Assembly (NCBI GenBank): GCA_963555825.3
Contig: CAUVXB020000002.1
Span: 2,656,001-2,720,000, forward strand
DNA length: 64,000 bases
Direction: 5' to 3'
Source of the DNA: Alphaproteobacteria bacterium
GTDB lineage: Bacteria; Pseudomonadota; Alphaproteobacteria; JAAXGF01
Shown here: positions 56,314-64,000 of the stretch, one piece after another
How the letters are laid out: each line of letters opens with the position of its first letter
Position numbering within the stretch: the stretch's first letter is position 1
The notes under the pieces: generated by a model
Seen by the model: the letters and a program-made list of their open reading frames with translations, nothing else
Database searches by the model: none
What the model was told of the DNA's origin: nothing
Made by a program: the position numbers and the translations under genes

Positions 56314-56927
56314 GGCGCCTCGCCCGCGGCGATCGCGTTGACCGCCGCCGCGGCGAGCGCGCTGCCGCCGCGCCGGCCCTTGAGCGTCAGGTAGGGGACG
56401 TCGATGTCGGCGTCGATCAGTGCCGCCTTCGACTCGGCGGCGCCGACGAAGCCGACTGGGAATGCGAGGATCGCGGCCGGTTTCGGGGCGCCCTCGGCGA
56501 GCCGCTCGATAAGCCGGAACAGCGCCGTCGGCGCGTTGCCGATGGCGACGACCGCGCCCGCGAGATGCGGCGTCCAGAGCTCGACCGCTGCGGCCGAGCG
56601 CGTCGTCGCCTGCGCGGCGGCGAGGTCCGCGACGCGCGGATCACCGAGCATGCAGATGACGTTCGCGTTGCCGATGATGCCCTCGGCGACCATTTGGGCG
56701 TCGGTGATCACCGGTGTGCCGGCCGCGATGGCGGCGCGCGCCTGGCCCACCACATCGCCCGACCAGGCGAGGTCGGCCGTGATGTCGGGCATGCCGCAGG
56801 CGTGCACCAGGCGCACGGCGACCTCGGCCAGTTCAGCGGGCAGGCCGCCGAGGTCGGCTTCGGCGCGCACGATGGCGAAGGAGCGCCGGTAGATCGCTTG
56901 CGGGTCGCGCAGATAGTCGAGCGTCAC
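56310..56927 (-). CDS. cobH: Precorrin-8X methylmutase
   Basis: IYRRSF, IGNAPTAL, PVGFVGAAESK and GRRGGS motifs. Confidence 0.96.
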   Translation of the reverse strand: MTLDYLRDPQAIYRRSFAIVRAEADLGGLPAELAEVAVRLVHACGMPDITADLAWSGDVVGQARAAIAAGTPVITDAQMVAEGIIGNANVICMLGDPRVADLAAAQATTRSAAAVELWTPHLAGAVVAIGNAPTALFRLIERLAEGAPKPAAILAFPVGFVGAAESKAALIDADIDVPYLTLKGRRGGSALAAAAVNAIAAGEAP

Positions 56928-56933
56928 GGCGGG

Positions 56934-57929
56934 TTACGCTCCGTTTTTCTTCATGCTGACCGGTCCGAGCGGGTGGTCGGCGTGCGGGTAGGGGTGGTGG
57001 CCGTGGTCGTGGCTGTGGCCATGGTCATGGCCGTGGCCGTGGCCGGCGCCGACGCCGACGCCGATGCCTTCGACGTGGTGGTGATGGCTTTCCTGCTTGA
57101 GGCCGACCTCGTCCTCGAAGCCGAGCACCTGCTCGCGGTACTTGCAGAGCTGGCAGTTCATGGCGTTCGCCCCAGCCAGGATCTCCTCGACCCGCTCGGC
57201 GAAGGCGTCGAGCACCAGGGGGTGGTCGTTGAGGTAGGGCGCCTTGATGAACTCGATGTCCAGATGCCGCGCCGCGACCCGGTCGGTGTAGTGGTATATG
57301 CGCTGAACCAGGATGCCGGTGAACAGAAAATAGGGAAAGACGACGATGCGCCGGTAGCCGAGCCTGGCGGCGTGTTCGAGCGCCGGCTCGACGAGTGGGA
57401 ATGTGACGCCGGAGTACGCCGTCTCGGCCCAGCCGAAGCCGAGGCCCTCCCACAGCAAGCGGCAGACCTTCGAGATGTTCGAGTTGGCGTCTGGGTCCGA
57501 GGCGCCGCGGCCGACCACGACGAGCATCGTCTCGTCGCGCGGCACGTCGCCGCCGGCCGCCGCGAGCGCCTGCTCGACGCGGTCACCGGCGGCGCGGATC
57601 AACTTGTGGTCGATGCCGAGGTCGCGGCCGAAGATGATCTCGATGTCGGGGTGCCGCGCGGCATAGGTGTTGAGCACCGAGGGCACGTCGTTCTTGACGT
57701 GGCCGGCGGCGAACAGCATGCCGGGGATAGCGAGGATCTTCTTGACGCCGCGGCCGCGCAGCGCGTCGAGCCCGTCGCGGATGACAGGCGTGGCGAACTC
57801 GAGGAAACCGCTTTCGACGTCGTAGTGCGGCAGGCGCTGCTCGATGCCGCGGGCGACCGCCTGGAACTCGCCGACGGCGCCCGCGTCGCGGCTGCCGTGG
57901 CCGCACACCATCACTCCGGTCTTGGACAT
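56934..57929 (-). CDS. cbiX: CbiX-family chelatase-like protein with an MNCxxC motif and a His-rich tail
   Basis: GHGSR, GHVKND, PYFLFTG, MNCQLC and HHHHVEG...HPYPHADHP motifs. Confidence 0.92.
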   Translation of the reverse strand: MSKTGVMVCGHGSRDAGAVGEFQAVARGIEQRLPHYDVESGFLEFATPVIRDGLDALRGRGVKKILAIPGMLFAAGHVKNDVPSVLNTYAARHPDIEIIFGRDLGIDHKLIRAAGDRVEQALAAAGGDVPRDETMLVVVGRGASDPDANSNISKVCRLLWEGLGFGWAETAYSGVTFPLVEPALEHAARLGYRRIVVFPYFLFTGILVQRIYHYTDRVAARHLDIEFIKAPYLNDHPLVLDAFAERVEEILAGANAMNCQLCKYREQVLGFEDEVGLKQESHHHHVEGIGVGVGAGHGHGHDHGHSHDHGHHPYPHADHPLGPVSMKKNGA

Positions 57930-57977
57930 GCTTTTCTCCTATGCCGCTTTGGCAATATGTTGAGAGACGCGCGCTAA

Positions 57978-58257
57978 TACCAAGGAGCAGTGATAAAGGC
58001 CCCTACAGATCGCGTCCGCTTTTCGCCGGTGAGGCAAGGGAGCCGCGGGCGATGCAGCGCATCGGCTAGGCAACCTGGCGCCCTCCGGCGATAAGCGGCC
58101 GCGACCCGAAGGGCGGCTTGCCGAGGCTCTCGCCCGCTATCAGACTGGCGGACGTCGTTGCGCCCATCTTGCGATGCGCTGCATCGCCGCGACGGGCGCG
58201 CCTAGCCGAGAACCACGGCAAGCCGTCTCTAGGGGTCTTTATCACTGCTCCTTGGTA
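57978..58257. mobile_element. MITE (280 bp) with TACCA ends and a TAA target duplication
   Basis: Terminal IR TACCAAGGAGCAGTGATAAAG (21 bp perfect, 28/30 overall); TAA at 57975-57977 and 58258-58260. Confidence 0.85.
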
Positions 58258-58302
58258 TAAGGCGCGTGAACCGATTGTCGATGCAACGAGACGTTTCCCG
58301 AG

Positions 58303-59292
58303 ATGTTCATCGCCTGGCTGCCGCCATACAACGGCTTCACCGAACTCGTCGCGGTCATTCTCGCGGCCATGGCGCTCGACGTGCTGATCGGCGACCCGCC
58401 GTGGCTCTATCGCGTGGTGCCGCATCCGGTGGCCGCGATCGGGCGTTTGATCGGCGCACTCGACGAGCGCTGGAACGACGCGGCGTTGGGCGATGAAATC
58501 CGGCGCCAGCGTGGCGTCACGCTCGCCATCGTGGTCACCGCGGGCGCGTTCGCGCTCGCCTGGATCATCGGCTATGCGTTGGGCCAGATATCCTGGGGCT
58601 GGCTGCTCGAAGCGCTGCTGGCGAGCGCCTTGCTGTCGTTTCGCGGCCTCTACGACCATGTCCGCCGCGTCGCCGAGGCGCTCGAAGACGGGCTCGGCCC
58701 GGCGCAGACCGCGGTCGGCCATATCGTCGGGCGCGACCCGGCGAGCCTCGATGCGCATGGCGTCGTCCGCGCGGCGATCGAATCGACCGCCGAGAACTTC
58801 GCCGACGGCACCGTCGCGCCGGTCTTCTGGTACCTGGTATTGGGCCTGCCCGGCCTGGTCGCCTACAAGGCGATCAACACCATGGACAGCATGGTCGGCT
58901 ATCGCAGCGAACGTCACGAGACGTTCGGCCGGGCCGCCGCCAAGCTCGACGACGCGGTTAACTTCTGGACGTCGCGCCTCGCCGGGCTGCTGTTCGTGTT
59001 CGCCGCCTACGTACTGCCCGGCGCCGACGCGTCGGGAGCCTGGCGCGCCATGCGGCGCGACGCGCCCAAGCACCGTTCGCCCAACGCCGGCTGGCCCGAG
59101 GCTGCCGTCGCCGGCGCGCTCGGCCTGGCGATCGCCGGGCCGCGGCGCTATGGCACGCGGATCGTCGACGATCACTGGATGGGCGACGGCCGCAGGCAAG
59201 CGACCGCGGCAGACTTGCGCCGTGCGCTCGCGCTCTACCTCGCGGCCGGCGCGGCGCTGGCGCTCGCCGTCGCGATCACCGTGTTGCTCTAA
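58303..59292 (+). CDS. cbiB: Adenosylcobinamide-phosphate synthase (CbiB/CobD)
   Basis: GDP...HPV, IVGRD, AENFADG, NTMDSMVGY and SPNAGWPEAA motifs. Confidence 0.96.
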   Translation: MFIAWLPPYNGFTELVAVILAAMALDVLIGDPPWLYRVVPHPVAAIGRLIGALDERWNDAALGDEIRRQRGVTLAIVVTAGAFALAWIIGYALGQISWGWLLEALLASALLSFRGLYDHVRRVAEALEDGLGPAQTAVGHIVGRDPASLDAHGVVRAAIESTAENFADGTVAPVFWYLVLGLPGLVAYKAINTMDSMVGYRSERHETFGRAAAKLDDAVNFWTSRLAGLLFVFAAYVLPGADASGAWRAMRRDAPKHRSPNAGWPEAAVAGALGLAIAGPRRYGTRIVDDHWMGDGRRQATAADLRRALALYLAAGAALALAVAITVLL

Positions 59293-59303
59293 GCGCACGA
59301 CAC

Positions 59304-59932
59304 TCAAAACTCGATGCCTTTCTGCGCCTTCACGCCGGCGCGGAACGGGTGCTTGATCATGGTCATCTCGGTGACCAGATCGGCGGCCTCGATCAGCGGC
59401 TCCTTGGCGTTGCGCCCGGTGACCACGACGTGGAGATCGGCGGGCCTGTTCGCCAGCGCCTCGACGACCTCGTCGAGCGGCAGATAATCGTAGCGCAGCA
59501 CGATGTTCAGCTCGTCGAGAATGACCATGTCGTAAGCCGGCTCGGGCCCGCGCGACGCCTCGATCATTTCCCGCGAGACGGCCCAGGCCCGCTCGGCGGC
59601 GGCGATGTCGCGCGCGCGGTCCTGGGTCTCCCAAGTGAAGCCCTCGCCCATGGTGCGGATCGTCACCTGATCGGGGAAGTGCTCCAGGACGCCGCGCTCG
59701 CCGGTCTGCCACTTGCCCTTGACGAACTGGACGATACCGACCTTCATGCCGTTGCCGAGCGCGCGCACGGCAAGCCCGAAGGCCGCCGTCGACTTGCCCT
59801 TGCCCTTGCCGGTGTGGACGATCAAGAGGCCCTTCTCGATCGTCTTCGTGGCCAGGATCTTGTCGCGCGCCGCCTTGCGCTTGACCGCCTTCTCGTTGGC
59901 GCGGCGGTTGACCTCGGCTTCGGTCGGATCGC

Positions 59933-59936
<4 letters not shown>
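59304..59936 (-). CDS. cobO: Cob(I)yrinic acid a,c-diamide adenosyltransferase
   Basis: HTGKGKGKSTAAFG, QFVKG, ILDE, TGR and KHPF motifs. Confidence 0.96.
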
Positions 59937-63676
<3,740 letters not shown>

Positions 63677-63688
63677 GGCGCGCCCGAC

Positions 63689-64000
63689 TTAAGCCTTGAG
63701 CGCCGCGGTGATGGCGGCGGCGTCGAGGCCGCGCTCGCCGATCACCACGAGGCGGCTGACGCGCGGCTCGCCGGCCCGCCAGTCGCGGTCGTAGTAGTGC
63801 TGCAGGCGGCTACCGACGCCCTGGACCAAGAGGCGCATGTCCTTGCCGTCGACCGCGACGAAGCCCTTGATGCGCAGGATGTCGTGTTCGGCGACGATCG
63901 GCGCGAGGCGCTCGATCAGGCCCTCGGGCGTCGCCACCGGATCGAAGGCGACGACGAAGCTCTCGAAGTCGTCGTGCTCGTGGTCGTCGAGGCCGTCGTG
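63689..64000 (-). CDS. cobW: Cobalamin biosynthesis GTPase CobW, C-terminal part (5' end outside the window)
   Basis: HDGLDDHEHDDFESF, ILRIKG and RLVVIG motifs; directly upstream of cobN. Confidence 0.92.
   Translation of the reverse strand, partial: HDGLDDHEHDDFESFVVAFDPVATPEGLIERLAPIVAEHDILRIKGFVAVDGKDMRLLVQGVGSRLQHYYDRDWRAGEPRVSRLVVIGERGLDAAAITAALKA

Overview
High-GC alphaproteobacterial chromosome segment with three parts. (1) A core block: ffh-[VOC]-rpsP-rimM-trmD-rplS-leuCD-[TPR]-leuB-asd, pdxY. (2) An accessory zone at about 16.7-48.5 kb with 14 insertion sequences; ends are visible for all of them and target duplications for 13. They have inactivated a LivK-like binding protein, a sensor adenylate cyclase, an ArsR regulator, an ABM monooxygenase and a secreted protein. 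(3) An intact cobalamin locus: B12 riboswitch-cbtBA, cobT, cobS, cobB, cbiD, cobK, cobM, cbiG-cobJ, cobI, cobL, cobH, cbiX, cbiB, cobO, cobN and partial cobW. The most unusual signals are: two integrase-less islets, each bracketed by a duplicated and mostly synonymously diverged copy of the last codons of a housekeeping gene (leuD, cobT); three IS630-type elements stacked head-to-tail at one TTA site, plus a MITE with related ends; an IS3-like element with a 14-bp target duplication; a 333-aa ribosomal protein S16 with about 40 acidic pentapeptide repeats; a decayed tRNA with a Leu-type body and a CGA anticodon; and a dispersed palindromic repeat family. All calls come from reading the sequence by eye; no database searches were run.
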